Shown here in pieces: positions 19,626 to 20,000 of a DNA stretch of 20,000 nucleotides. The position numbers and the translations under genes are program-made. The stretch comes from Negaprion brevirostris (Eukaryota): positions 35,369,024 through 35,389,023 of the forward strand of contig JARDVH010000137.1 of assembly GCA_030324005.1 (NCBI GenBank), written 5' to 3'. Below the pieces are notes generated by a model. The model was not told the DNA's origin, searched no databases, and was given only the letters and a program-made list of their open reading frames with translations. Positions within the stretch are counted from its first letter, which is position 1, and each line of letters begins with the position of its first letter.

Positions 19626-19802
19626 CAGCATCTGACAGACCTAAAATATTGACCTAGATTGTGTGTTCCAATCTCTCCACTGGGACTTCAATTTATAAAA
19701 GTTGGACTCCAATGCAAGCATACTACCACTGAAATACCGCTGACCCTGACAAGTATGAATTTCAGGGCTAATTCTCCAATGGTATACTGTCTTATCTTTA
19801 AA

Positions 19803-20000
19803 GTTTATTATTTATTAGTCACAAGTAAGGCTTACATTAACACTGCAATGGAGTTACTATGAAAATCCCCGAGTTGCCACACATTCCGGTATCTGTTCAG
19901 GTCAATGCACCTAACCAGCATGTCTTTCAGACTGTGGGAGAAAACCGGAGCACCCAAAACGAAATGCGTGCAGCCGCGGGGGGAATGTGCAAACTCCAAA
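19803..20000 (-). mobile_element. V-SINE, same subfamily as 3480-3776 (runs off the window end)
   Basis: CACAAGTAAGGCTTACATTAACACTGCAATG...GAAAATCCC is nearly identical to 3493-3541; V-domain follows; ~25-bp internal deletion relative to the 3480 copy. Confidence 0.9.

Larger units (their letters stand above)
18478..19735 (-). mobile_element. Old DeuSINE/SacSINE1-like SINE, split into three pieces (18478-18633, 19384-19500, 19626-19735)
   Basis: Tail AACTTGCATTT...ATGTCCCAAG..CTTTACA...CAGCCAATTT..ACAGCAAG; Deu-domain-like CCATGGGATCCTTTATGTCC.TGAGAGG...GGTTTAACAT...GAAAGACAG. Pieces rejoin colinearly after removing the inserts. Family assignment is from memory. Confidence 0.75.

Noticed and set aside
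1..20000. CRISPR arrays, prokaryotic operons or defence systems
   Set aside because: The sequence is vertebrate repeat-rich DNA with no regularly spaced repeat-spacer array and no intact gene cluster.

Overview
Repeat-dense vertebrate genomic DNA, very probably from a cartilaginous fish (shark/ray), judged from HE1/V-SINE-like, DeuSINE-like, CR1, Rex1/Babar-like and Penelope-like remnants recognised from memory of these families (no database search was run). There is no intact protein-coding gene; most listed ORFs are TE fragments, chance ORFs or N-gap artefacts. The main contents are: (1) a decayed two-gene PIF/Harbinger transposon (~7.3-10.5 kb), with a DDE nuclease on + and an intron-containing Myb/SANT-like gene on -; (2) at least five short MITEs with related GGCYRGAATT-type ends and 3-bp TSDs; (3) a near-full-length decayed Ty3/Gypsy element (13055-17252) with diverged LTRs and a deletion of the RT catalytic core; (4) a multi-layer nested insertion stack at 18.5-19.7 kb; and (5) a CpG-rich non-repeat segment at ~4.53-4.82 kb, behind a polypyrimidine tandem repeat, that may be a host promoter/first exon. 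I found no evidence for a novel functional system; the findings concern TE architecture and possible host exons or regulatory elements.
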